From: Camelus dromedarius
Taxonomy: Eukaryota
Reading direction: 5' to 3'
Assembly (NCBI RefSeq): GCF_036321535.1
Contig: NC_087437.1
Location: forward strand, 93,064,001 to 93,128,000
DNA length: 64,000 nucleotides
The stretch's first letter is position 1. Every line of letters begins with the position of its first letter. The translations under genes were made by a program, and so were the position numbers. This document shows, one piece after another, positions 41,703 to 54,690 of the stretch. The notes beneath the pieces are model-generated. The model saw only the letters and a program-made list of their open reading frames with translations, searched no databases and was not told where the DNA came from.

Positions 41703-42337
41703 TTTTTTAATTGAAGTATGATTGACATAACATGATATTAATTTAAGATGTTTAACACAATGATTCAATATCTGTATAGACTGCAAAATAATCATCACAA
41801 TAACTCCATTTCACATCCATACATAGTTACAAAAATGTTTTTTCTTGGTTGGTTTTTTTTTTTTTTTGGCTTTCTTTAACTTTTATTATCCTTTTTCTTA
41901 AAGTTGGAAATCCTAGACTACTCCTTTTTTTTATTGAGTTATAGTCAGTTTACAATGTTGAGTCAACTTCTGGTGTACAGTACAATTTTTCAGTCATACA
42001 AAAATGTTTTTTTCTTGTGATGAGAACTTTCAAGATCCTCTCTCCTGGCTACCTTCAAATATACAATAAAGTATCGTTAACTATAGTCACTGTGTTATAC
42101 ATTATATTTCCATTACTTATTTACTTTATAACTGGAAATTTGTATCTTTTGACCCCCTTCACCCATTTCCCCCCACCCCCACCCCTACCTCAGGCAACCA
42201 CCAATCTCTTCTCTGTATCCATGAGCTTGGGTTTTCATTAGTTGGTTGGTTGTTTTTTTAATTATCATTATTCTTTAGATTCCACACATAAGTGGGTTGT
42301 ATGGTATTTGTCTTTTTCTGACTTATTTCACCTAGCA
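41703..42337 (-). mobile_element. Older L1 3' end interrupted by a younger L1 insertion (41848-41996)
   Basis: ttttttaattgaagtatgattgac...tttcttgtgatgagaactttcaagatc...agattccacacataagtg. Internal TSD tacaaaaatgttttttcttg. Confidence 0.85.
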
Positions 42338-42764
42338 ACTAGTTCCTTTAAAGTAGGACACACTCATATTGGCTATGTACTTTCTAACTCAAAGGAGAAA
42401 CTTGTGGCTTAGAAAAGTGTAGCATTAAAGTGGTAAATGTACATAAATTTTAGAATGTAGTGTTTAATCTTAGGGGGAAAAAAGAAGCCATTAAGTAGAA
42501 GTCTAACTTGGGGAAGACAATGGGAGCCAATCTAGCAAACAACTAATATCTACATTTTATTTTCAGAATGGGTAATAGGTACTACCTATGTGTTATTATC
42601 ATTTTTAAAGTAGATTGGGTTTCTGGTTCTCATCATTATAATGAGAAATGATATTTCAATAAGTTACCAACCAAGTGTCCCATCTGTACACGCACACACA
42701 CACACACACACAAGTATGCACACTCCCAGACACACTGAAGTTTAAAGCGTACTTGCCTCATGTG

Positions 42765-42980
42765 ATGAGGCAGAAAGAACTTTGAATTTTAATCAGAAGG
42801 ACTAAATTTTAATGGTGGCTTTCTTACTTATTACCTGTGTGAGGTTGGGCAAATTTCTTGACTACCCAGAGTTTTGGATTTTTCTTCTGTGAAATGGATA
42901 TAATAGAGAGTTCCTTTGTGGATCAAAAAATAATGTACATGCAAAACCTTTGGAAACTGTAAAGCATTGTGCAGATTTCA
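42765..42980 (+). mobile_element. MIR SINE (old)
   Basis: cttacttattacctgtgtgaggttgggcaaatttcttgact...ttcttctgtgaaatgg...aaactgtaaagcattgtgcagat. Confidence 0.6.
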
Positions 42981-43293
42981 GAGATTATGGAAATAAAGAT
43001 TTCTAAAATTACTCAGATTTCAGAGGTTATTTTAGGGCTGCAATAACTATGACAGAGCTACTGTCCTCAGTTTGTGCATGAGGAAGATGAGATGTGGAAC
43101 AAGGAGCAGGTGGCCAGGCTAAAACGGGGCCCTGGGATGCTGCATGCTAGACTATGCTGCTTCTGAACCAGGGTTGTACGGCATTTACAGGACACATCTA
43201 TAGTAAATTATAATGTAAGCTAATTTCAAGAACTTTAAAATATACAATTAACTGAGTTACCTTAATAAGTTACCTTAATACTATACCAGGTGA

Positions 43294-43518
<225 letters not shown>

Positions 43519-45112
43519 TAAATGTTATGTTTTAGTCACCAGTGTTGCACATGCTTAGAATGGCAATCGATGTAAATCCACATGCAGATCTTCTAAGCAG
43601 CACTGTGTTATGCAGTGTGTCATGCCCTGTGACATACTTCAAGTTGTCAAAACATGCCACTGAGGTCTCCCCAGTGGATAATGAAAATCTTAAACATAAT
43701 TCCCTGCTTACTTTCCCGGTTAGTGTGTTGTTATTGTTTAAATTTAGTAATTTTTTATTCCAGTTGGTTAAAATAAATGACAAAAACTCCACATGGAATC
43801 CATTTTTGAAATTGCTGTGGAAACATCTTAATTGTTTTGACTGTTTTTCTTTATACAAACAATTATGCTGTCGTAAAGAAACTACTCTGACAACATAGAG
43901 ATTTCTTTATTCCTTTTTTTCCTTCCTTTACTGGTCTCTGACTTGTCATTTCAATAGATGCCATTAGACCTGTATGCTATTTTGTATTTTTCATGAGCCT
44001 GACTCTCCTCTGGCATTAAAGTCTCAGTTTTCAATAAGTTTTAGAAAATGTAATTAACAGGTGCAAATTTTATACAGGTTATTTTTTTTTTTTTCGCCTT
44101 GCAAAAATTAGCATATAGTATGTGTTACTTATAATCCATTTACTTTTTACTGGTGCTGTTTGAAATGACTGTTGATGTGTTTTTACTTTGGTGTCTCTGA
44201 TTTTTTTTTTTAAGTGGTTGAACAAAGGTACTTATATATTCAGTAAGATTGGCTACATGACACGAATGCCCTAATCACATTTATTAGCGGTGCTATTTCA
44301 GGAAGAGAGAGCAAAATGATGCTCCTTTTCAACAGGAACAATGTTGAATACCAAAAGGCATGCTGTTTACTCTAGAGTCTTAGTTCACATTTCTAAATTA
44401 CCCTGAGTGGTGCTGCTGATATGCATGAAAATAAGTCCTCTCAACGCAGGGACTGGAAGACGGTGGGGTTGAAAAAGCAAAGGCTTCTCACTACCTGCTG
44501 TAAAATGTGACGTAGAAAATAAGAGAGTTTGTAGATGTAATTTCTTTCCAGATTTCCTCTTTTATTAGATAAAAAGAAAGTATAATGGGGGACTTTTGGT
44601 TGCTTTTGAATCTGACAAAGTTGTGCAATAATGTAAAGTTTTTAAGAAAATTACGGCTTCAGAAATCTGGGTAGAATTACAATAGGAAAGTAGTTTTATG
44701 AACTTCACCTCACTCACCTAGGGACTCAAACAAAAGTCTTAAAGGAAGTTCACTTATAAGTAGATTGAATATACACCCCCTCACGCACACAAATGCTTTA
44801 TGTATAGCACAGGAACTGTGTTTTCACCTAGAACCTAAGCCACGACCCAAATCCTCTGTGCTTTGTTTAAAATTGGCAAGTGAGATTTTTATACTCTTTA
44901 AGCAATTTTTGGATGGAGGCTGTTGTTGGCTTAGAGTTTGATATGGCAAAATTGCAACCTGTTCAAAAAATATAACATGCTGGTATTTTCAATTTTGGCT
45001 TAATAACTAACAAGGCTGTTAATAAAGACAAAAATAACTTTTTTTGTAAAGAATTTACTTGTAGCAGCATCTGGGTATTATTTACATGTATTGTGTGTGT
45101 TCATTCTTACAG

Positions 45113-45243
45113 GCTCATGTGAGTGAAAAGCATGAAACCAATAAGATCATTGTTTTTGAGAGAGCAGGTCTTCTTTTTGTTTTCAACTTTCATCCAAGCA
45201 AGAGCTATACTGATTACCGAGTCGGAACGGCATTGCTAGGAAA
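45113..45243 (+). CDS. GBE1: GBE1 coding exon (equivalent to human exon 14), 131 nt, phase 0-2, C-terminal beta domain
   Basis: ttcttacag| acceptor. Translates [43 protein letters not shown](K) and ends at the U12-type donor |ATATCCTTT. Confidence 0.95.
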
Positions 45244-45252
45244 ATATCCTTT
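45244..45252 (+). other. U12-type (AT-AC) minor-spliceosome 5' splice site
   Basis: ATATCCTTT is a perfect match to the RTATCCTTT consensus, exactly where GBE1 homology ends and the exon reaches 131 nt. There is no GT donor at this point. Confidence 0.9.
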
Positions 45253-45769
45253 TTGCTGCCAATGAGTATGACTGTCTGCATTCAGTGTTTCATTACATCA
45301 TAGAGCATGAGAAAGAGTAACGCTGATCTTGGGGACAGTAGCTCTCAGTTTCTCCATCTGAAAAATGAGGGACTTGAAGTAGTTGATTGATTAATCTTTA
45401 GTTAAATTTAGATAAATCTCAGTTCAGTTGTGCCAGATTAATCCTAGTCTCCATTCTGGCTCTAAAGAGGATGATTTTAAACGTTTTCTTAAATAATATC
45501 TTGATCCAGTACGTAGTACAGGAGATGACTGTAGTTTCTCTATGAAAATATTTCATAAGTTGCCTCTGAGAATTGTCTCCGTTCCCCTCTCCACTGAGTG
45601 AGCTAGCAGACCGTAGCTGTAAAGATTGCTCCCTTCCCTTTTCTGTTTCCTGTCTCCTAAAATAAAGGCTGTAGCTTGCTTTTGTAGGCGTGAATGGGTA
45701 AGGAATCAGGGCATGGGAGGCATAAGCAAAGGAAATAACAGGGAGAATGTTTTGATACTCTCTATATGT

Positions 45770-45990
45770 TCATTTAATCATCCATTCATTCCTTTCACAG
45801 ATGTTTACTAAGCATCCTTTTATTGAGCACCTACACGGCCAGCCCTGTGCTAGGTGCTGGAAACATAGCAGTTTTCCTGGCAGATAGTCCCTGCCCTCAT
45901 TGAGCTTTTAAACTACTGGAGAAGACAAACATTAATCATTGTATGTGTGATAATTATTACAAAATGAAACGTGCTATGTATTTTAAAGAG
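45770..45990. mobile_element. L2 3' end
   Basis: tcattcattc...ttattgagcacctac...ccagccctgtgctaggtgctgg...gtccctgccctcattgagcttt. Confidence 0.75.
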
Positions 45991-46189
45991 ATTCTGACTT
46001 ATCCAGTCCATAGATAAAGCAGAAGAAGATTCAGGACCTAGCAACAAACCAGCACAGATTGTTATGCAGGCAGTAGAAATAACGTGTTTCTCCCCTGAAG
46101 GCATCACAGTGATTAATGTCTCCCACCTGCGCAAGATGTCTGATGCCAACGTGAAGTCCTCCGTGTCGGGGTGTCTCCAGCTACAATCC

Positions 46190-46600
46190 ACCTATTCCAC
46201 TGGCTCATGTAATAAAGAAAATGCATTTTGCACAACAGTGAAAGCCCTTAGGTAGGGTGACCCCAGCACTGTGACAATATCATCAAGTTCCCTGGTCCGT
46301 TCTGCCTTTCTGCTTTCAACTCTCAGGGTGCCAGCAGTGTCCAAAGGCTGGCACCTGTGATGGTCGCGAGACAGCCAGGGTTCCAAATGTCACCCGCAGA
46401 CGTCACAAAAGGCAAATCTATTTGTGTCTCTTTTCACGAATGAAGTCACTTTGGCAAGTTTCCTTTTGTATTCCATGGAGCAGAATTCAGTCATACCTCC
46501 CCAGAGAAATTTCTCAGGAGGAGAATGCTATCATTATGAGTAGCTTAATCAGAAATTACCCCCAAGTCTCCAGGAAGTGGCCCCTTCATGAAATGGTTAG
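46190..46600 (-). mobile_element. Old MaLR LTR (MLT1J/K-like)
   Basis: ctgcctttctgctt...gatggtcgcgagacagcca...tgtgtctctttt...gcagaattcagtcata pattern. Boundaries are approximate. Confidence 0.45.
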
Positions 46601-48298
46601 CCATGACAGAACGATTCTCTGACAATAAAGGAGGAAAGGGCCATGCTGTCTGGTAAGTAGCCTGTGGCATCTACCACCACCCTGTGCTGCTCGGTGACGT
46701 TGAGGGTGGTGAGGGGTGGTTCTCCATCTTCTCCCCCACCTTCCCAGATCGCCATCCCACAGGACATCAGAGCATTTAGGAGGGAAGGTCTTAGCTGTGA
46801 GTAATAGCTCAAACATGCCCCAGTTAACACAGAGAATGCTCAAATCATGGGAGTCAGTGTAATGGGGTTACCTGAACTACAGAAGAGCTGAATTGTTCAG
46901 GAAGCAAATGTCCTCACCATCTCCATGAAGAAATCCAGGCACGTACTAGACAGGTAGCCACTCGCACAAAACCCTTCTCAGCTCTAGACCGCTGAAGTAA
47001 TGCCCCTAGACTAAATCCTTCCATACCTGGTAATGTCATATAATCAGAATATCATTTTGATTATTATCGAACCAAGATGCATTTACAGAGCACTTGGGAT
47101 CTACTGCAGTGTTTGTTAAGCACTTCCCTTGACCCTAAGTGGGGGAGAAGAGGTGTGTAAAACCAAAGTAGGACGTGACGCATGAAGCAGTGAATGGGAT
47201 GGGGCAGGAAGGTTCCACAGGGCAACAGGGGTTAAGTAAAAGTAAGTAAATAAATGCAAGAGAGAGATTGATTGATTGACTAAGGAAAAGACCTTAAAGC
47301 CTGGATGAGAGAGAGAGATGGATTTATGGATCAATTGATTGATTAAGAAAAGACTTTTAAGCCTGGGCCTTGAGAAATGTATAAAATTGTAGTAGAAGAA
47401 ATTAAGGAAGGGCATTCCAGCTGTTGGAAATCATAGAATATCCTTAGATAATGGACAGTACAGTGGATTAATTGGAGAATGATGACCATAAAAAGAAGTA
47501 CTCAGAGATAAAGCTGAAAAGATAGATTGAGATCACATAATAGAAGATTTTAATGTCATATTAATTACTTTAGGCTCTTTTCTGTAGTTTCATGGTGAGT
47601 CACGGAAGGTTTTTGTGCTGGGGAGCTACTTGATAAGAACATGTGCATTAGGAAAGGTTCTCATGTACCCAGTGTGTAGGAGAGCTTTCATGAGAAGAGA
47701 GATTGGAGATACAGATATTAATTATGAGAAATTTCAGTACATGTAGAAGAAGATTAGGGCATGAACTAAAGTCATGTCAATAGGATAGACAGGTATATGA
47801 AGCCCTTTCTTGTAGTGAGAGAACTCAGCAACCGTTAGGACATGGGGTATAGGAAAGAAAATAGAAGGTTTCACTTTGAACAGTAAGGATGGACGTGATA
47901 TTATTACTAAGGATAGCAGAGCGAGGAGGTGTAGCCAGTTTGGGGAATAGAAAATATGAGTTTAATTTAGGATCATTGACAAATTGGAAAATTGGGCCAT
48001 ATCTTTGTGGAAGTGTCTGAGCCATTGCGGCCTCAGGCGTCTGTTAGAGCTCCAGGAGAGCCTTGAAGAAACGTTGTTGGTTCTTTCACTGCCAGGATTT
48101 TGTCTTCTACAGATGTGTGCCCTCTAGGACCTTTCTTCCACTTGCTGCCTGTCTCATTCCTGTCTTTCTGTCAACAAGCTGTAACTAATTCCCATATGTT
48201 ATTGCTTCCTCTAAGGACATTTGCATTTTAATAAAGATCTCTTTGAATAGTTAAAAGTATGCAAGACCTAATGGACTAGCTATCTAATAGAATAATTT

Positions 48299-48333
48299 CT
48301 GTTTTTTAATCGAAGTATAGTCAGTTTACAATG
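48299..48333 (-). mobile_element. Extremely truncated L1 3' terminus
   Basis: ttttttaatcgaagtatagtcagtttacaatg, the same terminus as the L1s at ~7528 and ~41930, between direct repeats tagaataattt (48288-48298 and 48334-48344). Confidence 0.75.
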
Positions 48334-48699
48334 TAGAATAATTTGTTTTATATGGAGGGCATTTTTTTTTTTGAGGAAAGGAGAACAGGAGAGCATTTGC
48401 ACCATACCTTAAATCATACTTTCTAATTAGCTGTATTAATACTGCCAGACCTAACTCCCAGCTTGAAAGTACAAAATCATCTGGATTTTGCAGTGTTGTA
48501 TATACTTTAGTGACCCAGTTCAGTGCAGAAATGCCATCTATATATTCCTTCACAAACCACAGCTGTCATTAGAATACTTTCCAGTCCTAGGAATCTATTT
48601 CACAAGGTAAACAATAAAAGTTTTTTTTTTTAATTTTTGAAAACATTGCCTTAAATGTAAATGTATTAGTTCTGTATTCTAGGGCTAATTGCCCGCTCT

Positions 48700-49050
48700 A
48701 TGTGCCAGCTGTTCAAATCAGAAAGGCCCTTAACCTGTTCCTCCCAGTGCCACCTCTCCTTCGTCTTCCTTATTCCAGACCAAATGTACCTCTGGTTTCT
48801 TTAATAGATTCTTGTGATGCTTTCCAGAAACTGTTACCATCATGTTTCCCTTATCAGAGTACACCCAGCATTGTTCACACTCCTCTTTATTGTGTCTCCA
48901 GAACCAACAGCAGAACATTCTAGAAACAGTCTGGCCCATGTGACATAGAGAGAGCCCCATTCCTTCCCCTTTTCTAGAGATGGCTTGTTCATTAATGTAG
49001 TTTAAGTCACATTAGCTTTTCTGGCAGCCATCCTATTTTTCACTCCTATT
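48700..49050 (-). mobile_element. L3/CR1 fragment
   Basis: ccagaaccaacagcagaacattctagaaacagtctggccc...attaatgtagtttaagtcacattagcttttctggcagcca resembles antisense CR1 ORF2. Confidence 0.5.
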
Positions 49051-52000
49051 GTATTTTCATTCAAATAAGTCTTTACTTTTTCTTTATGTCTGCTAGTGTT
49101 ATGTTATATCTTCTTTATCTTTATTTATTCAATTACTAATTTTAAGTAAAATCCCAAAGTTAACATTGAGCATTAAAAAACACTATTTCTGGTCTCTAAC
49201 CCGTTAATAGAGAAGATAGAAGAATGCTGGAGTATGAATGCACCATCTTCCCTAAGCAGTGGATAGAGCTGATCTTCCAGCGTCTTGTTGTTCCCAGCTT
49301 AGCTTTAACAGTCCTTTTTATTATCCTTAGCATTTTACAAGTCTCATTTCTTTTTGGTCTTTCCTCTTTATGACTTTCTTCTTACATCTTTAAGCAACAT
49401 TGCAGTTCAGCATTAGAGAATCATTTCAGGTATAGAAAGTGTAAAACTGTTAGGATTTCTACGCTATATTTTCTAACTTTACCAAAGTGTTCTATGCCAC
49501 TGATATTTCCAACTACTGAGCCAGTGAATTGAATACAGATTTTTCTCTGTGAAGGAGCCACAGTGGCAAGATTGGATGTATTAATCAAGTCAAGAAATTC
49601 ATCAAATTTTTAATTCCCTGGAAAGCAGGATTTGGTACCAGAACAAATTTAAAGTTTCTAAAGAAGTCATTTGAACTTCTTCTGTCACTATGAAATATAA
49701 ACCCGCAATAGGTAGCGTGTCTGAATTCCTGAGCAGTTCCATTTTTTGAACCTGTATATCCTGTATATCAAATTGCAAGACATCAACTTTCACTCAGATC
49801 TGTGTGGAATATGTGGTGACTGTCTTCCCAAGAAACTGTTATAAGGGGAGCTATTTTGGGGGCAATGCCAGGCAAGATAGAAGACACCCTTTAAGGAGGC
49901 TTTTTAGCTGTCACTTCAAAAATAAGATGATTCATTTGGGAAGCTGGGAGGGGAGTCTGCTTTGTATCACTGAGGTTTTGAACTCGGTCTTCCTGGTGAC
50001 TGCTAAAGGACACAGTATCATTTCTGCAAAAGGAAACTGCAGCTATATTCTAAGGGGAAAAAAAAAAACAGTAACAACAAAACCCTTTGCCTGTGCACCG
50101 TCTCCCATTTGTCTTTTCCGCTGCTCGTCTTCGGCGTAATAATCACCAGCATTCTTTCATACAAGAGATAGCAATGCGGGTGATGCAGAGCTGAGACCCA
50201 AGTGTACTGGCTAAGTAGGCAGGTTACACGCTCAGGAGGATAAGATGCGTTTTCCTGATGTGGTATATTTGCTTATGATTTCACATTGTTTAGCTGTAGC
50301 GAAAGAAAGAAACATAATGCCATCTATAGTATCAGAATAATTATTGTATTTCTGTAGTCACCTTCCTCACTTAGACCCATTATCAAATCAGCCTTGAATC
50401 ACAAGGAAAACGTCTAATAAGCCCCTAAGGCAAACTGCTCGCTCTCATCCCTTCTCAATAACGCAAATAATGATGCCTCATTTTGAGTGATGTAGGGGAG
50501 AGCATGGGGGTTAGGGGACCTCTTTCAAGGGCCTTCTGTTTGCTAGCCATTTTTATCAAGTATCTAGTTAATATTTTTGGGTGCCCTGTAATGTAGGGTG
50601 TGTTAGCTTTGTGTGACAGACCAGGAAACTTTAAGTAACTATCCAGCCTCCCTCCAGCACAGGGTTGTAAAGGTCGAGCAGTGGGTTACAAAGCCATGTT
50701 CTTTCTCTCAGACCATGGTGCCTCTTCCTGTCTGTTCATGACTGTGTGTCATTGGTGGTGGAAGCAGTAGTGACATGAGCAATGATGAACAGTTCTGTGA
50801 TGTTCAAGATGATTTTGATATCATTCTGGGAAAATGGGTAGCATGAGAAAATTATACACCCATTCATGGCACAGGCAAACTTCTCCCTCATCAGTTTCCC
50901 TCAGTACCTCACCATCACCCTCTACCACTTTTTCCCCACAAATTTTTCCCCATGCTCCATCCCTGTTGCCATCCTCCACAATAAATAAAAAATATATATA
51001 TATTTTTTTTTTTTTAAAAAGCACAACATGAAATCATTGACTCAGGTCAATTATTGGGATTTCTTTATTTTGGAGTAGAATATAAATGTGCCACAATTCT
51101 GTGTTGAGAATGAAACTCTTGTGATGCAGCGCATCCGTTAGGTGTACTGTAAAATAATCACATTGAGTGGTAAGCCCTCACAGCTCATTTATAAGGTGCG
51201 TGTCTTCGTCTATACAGATTCAAATCATTCCGAGAACATAAACAACACTAGTATCAAGTGTTTTCAAATTACTTGGCAGCATGCTTTGAGATGGGGGTGG
51301 GAGTAATAGTGTAATAGCAGCCCCCTTTCCAAATGGCGTTTCAAACTGTTACAATATTGAAGTGTTAAGAGGAGTAATCATAAAGTATGGCTTGTGAAGA
51401 ATATGTGAAGCCAGGCCAAAAATATTTAAAGCTAAGGGAACAGATGAGTAAATAGTTGGATCGGACCCGAGATCTTTGCAATATTTTCATTAAACTGCTG
51501 CAAGATGTACTTTTTAAAATGTAAATTCAGACTCTGACATTTGCAACCTGTACACAGTTTCTTATGAGCAAATAAGGTCACTTGGATGATTCACTGAAGT
51601 GTGATTGCTGAAGGCAGAGATGTTGCTGTGAGTTGTTTAGTTTACAGAAGCCTTTGAAGCGTGGTTATGTAACATTCTGTGCTTATTGGAATCTATGCTT
51701 TCTGCAGCAAATAAAAACAAAGGGCTTAATTTAGGATTAGCTAAATACCACATTCTATCAAGATTTTTATTGTAAAGGTTAATTTCTGGACTAAAATAAG
51801 TAGAGCTTAACTATCTAGTTTTCCAGGCTTAGATGTTTTGGTACAGAATTTAAGAAAACAAAAACAAATACAAGGGATTCTTATAAAAGATCTACACAGT
51901 GACTTTGAACTGATGCAAGCATGTTTCTTTTCCTTGTGTGCATACACGTGAGTGTGTGTGTGTTTGCATGCAGGTGCTTTTATTCTGTGCAGTCATTTAA

Positions 52001-54454
52001 TATGAAGCTCTTTATATGAACAGAGACAGATAATCCTACTCATGTTATATTTAATATAAATCCTCCTTTTGTTTGTAGAGCTTGAAAATGGATGTATATT
52101 CATGGCTTTGGTTAGTCTTCTTTAGTTTCAAGATGAAAATCATGCTTTTAAATGTTACTTCATGGTACTTTTGGTAATTTTTCATTGTTAAACACTGTCC
52201 CAAAAGCTTTGTGATTTAATGATAATGACAAACATGTACCCCCACCTCCACTAGCCAAAAAGAGCCTATGATTTAGCATCATTTTTCTACTCAGGAATTT
52301 GAGATGAATATCAAAGTAAGAAAAATATTTTGCATGATTAAAATATTGCAACTGCTGTAACACTTTTAGATTGGCTTAATATATATTCATAAGACTATAG
52401 GCAATAATGAATAATGAGTGAGTCCTTACTACACACATATGTTTTTAGATTTCTTTTTTTTAATAGCTTGAGTGCTATTCAGTGTCACAGTGCCCTGAGA
52501 CATTAACCAGCACTTCTGTTTTTGGTTCATAGTTCAGTTGCTCAGTGATGGTCTCTTCTGGTTCCAGAAAATCACCTAACAGTAGCTCAGTCAAGATTTC
52601 TATCCTCTATTTCTTACATTTTTGGTGGGGAAAGAAATCAGAAGTACTGTTGTATCCTATAAAAACAGTACATTCTCACCTACTAGTTGTATCACTAGTC
52701 AGGGGGCGGGGGACATCCATGCCTAATATAATTATTTTTACCAGTTTGTGAAAAGAAGTACTATTATGTGGAAATTGATTCCAAGTTACATTGTAAGACT
52801 GAGAATCATTCTTACCTGTATATTAACAATTATATCTTTACTTAGAATGTATTAGTTACTTTTAACATAAAGCTAAATTATTGATTGATGGATGGATGAT
52901 AATGGATATTTGGATGGACGGACAGATGGATGGATAGACGGAGGATACAGCTACTTAATGGTAAAAGAGCCCCTGAAGGTGTTTGAAATTGAGTAATTAA
53001 AACACAAAGATTTCTATAATCTGTTGCTTTTCCCTTAGAGCAGATATTTAATTAAATGGTAGAAAGGAAACACTGATAAAATGTTATCAGTAACACACAT
53101 CATTATTTTGTAGAATTTAAAATTGTAGAATATGCTGTCAGAATGCTTGCTGAACAGATTTTGATAATAAGATCTACTACCATTGCAGACTTATTGTATG
53201 CTTTGCATGCTGCAAGCACTTTATACTCACTATCCCATTTGGTAAACTTCTTCCTTTCCTAGGGAACAGCATTGCAAACTATAGAAGAAGGAAATCCTTG
53301 GCCTGAAAGATTTCATATCTAACCTTTCTTTTTAAAGAGACTTTTATTTAATCAGCCCAGAGCAGATAGTTCTCTTCTATTTTAAGATAAATTATATTTG
53401 TCACCTTTATATCTGGTGCCAATGTTTTGTTTTTTTTTTTTAATCGAGCATCCAGTATCTAAAACAAATTTCTAATATTGAATGTTAAATTACTTTTTCC
53501 TTCTGGATCTCCATAGAAATTAGCCTTTTTTTTTTTTTCCAGTGAATATCTCTGCCTACGAGAAAGCTGTTTGGATCTTTTATAAAGTGAGATATTTTTA
53601 TTTTCTGTAAGCTGTTCTAACTCAGAACCTCACAGGGTCAAACTAACAAGTCAAGAGTTTCATTTTTATGTGAAAATGGTACCTGAGTACTTCAGAAGAT
53701 TTCTTAAAATTAAGCCATAATGTAGTTACAGGTTCACTATAACTATTTAAGGGCTCTTAAGGATGTTAGGATGCTACAACCAAAAGAAGGTTGTGTTTCT
53801 CCAGAGAAAAGTGGAAAAAGTAGAAGCATGAACAATGTGTTTTTGGAAATAATGGCTTCAGTTATAACCATGTGTAAGAACCATCTCTAGTTCTATTAAT
53901 GTGGTATCTCTTACCCTAATGGTGAAAAAAAATGCCTAGTTAATTCCTATTTTGTTTGAAATTTATCTGTGAAACAAATTAATCTTCTCTGGTAATTATG
54001 TGATAATCAACTATTAAATAAGGGAAGTACTCTTCAGATGTTATCAAGTAAAATTAGTTAATGTATAACTTAAGTGCAGTCATACTGCCTTTTATTGGCA
54101 GACAATAAATGTTTATTAGAGGAACATTAATTAAAACAGGAAATTACCTTCTTTGTAAAATTACAAGCAGTATGGTAATTTCACCCTAAGCTCTTAACTA
54201 TTTAGGGAGATAGTCAATTTTCACTCTTCTACCTTCCCTTCTAACACTCTTCCTTTTTTGTCCAACTAAGGAAAACAAGTTTCTCTGGTGGTAGCTTCCT
54301 TTTCTGATTCCGAAGCATTATTTTCTTCAGTTTGTTCTCTTACCCTCACATTTTTATTTCACAAAGGCTCGTGTAACTAGTATGACCACCAGTAGTAGTC
54401 AGTATTTCTGGTCTCCTATTTGTAAACATGGAGTCATTTACTCTTTTCACTGGG

Positions 54455-54690
54455 ATAATAGTTAAGAGAATGGGCTTTGTAATAAGACCATCTGAGGGTT
54501 CAAGTTCCATCTCTCCTTGAAAGTAATCTCTTTGTTTCTTAATTTTCTCGTCTTTAAAACACCTCCTTGTAGAATTATTGTCAGAATTAAATGAGTTAAT
54601 GCATGTGAAAGGCTTAGCACCAGTGTCCTGCACAAATATAAGCTCAGGTAGTGTTAGCAGCTGTGGTATAATTACTGTCATCATCATCAT
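54455..54690 (+). mobile_element. MIR SINE
   Basis: tagttaagagaatgggcttt...gggttcaagttcc...agaattaaatgagttaatgcatgtgaaaggcttagcaccagtgtcctgcaca. Confidence 0.75.

Noticed and set aside
48351..48362. tatggagggcat (YGGH), resembling the next GBE1 exon
   Set aside because: The flanks do not encode KIVLDSD or QRLDH; it is a 12-nt coincidence and exon 15 is not in this window.
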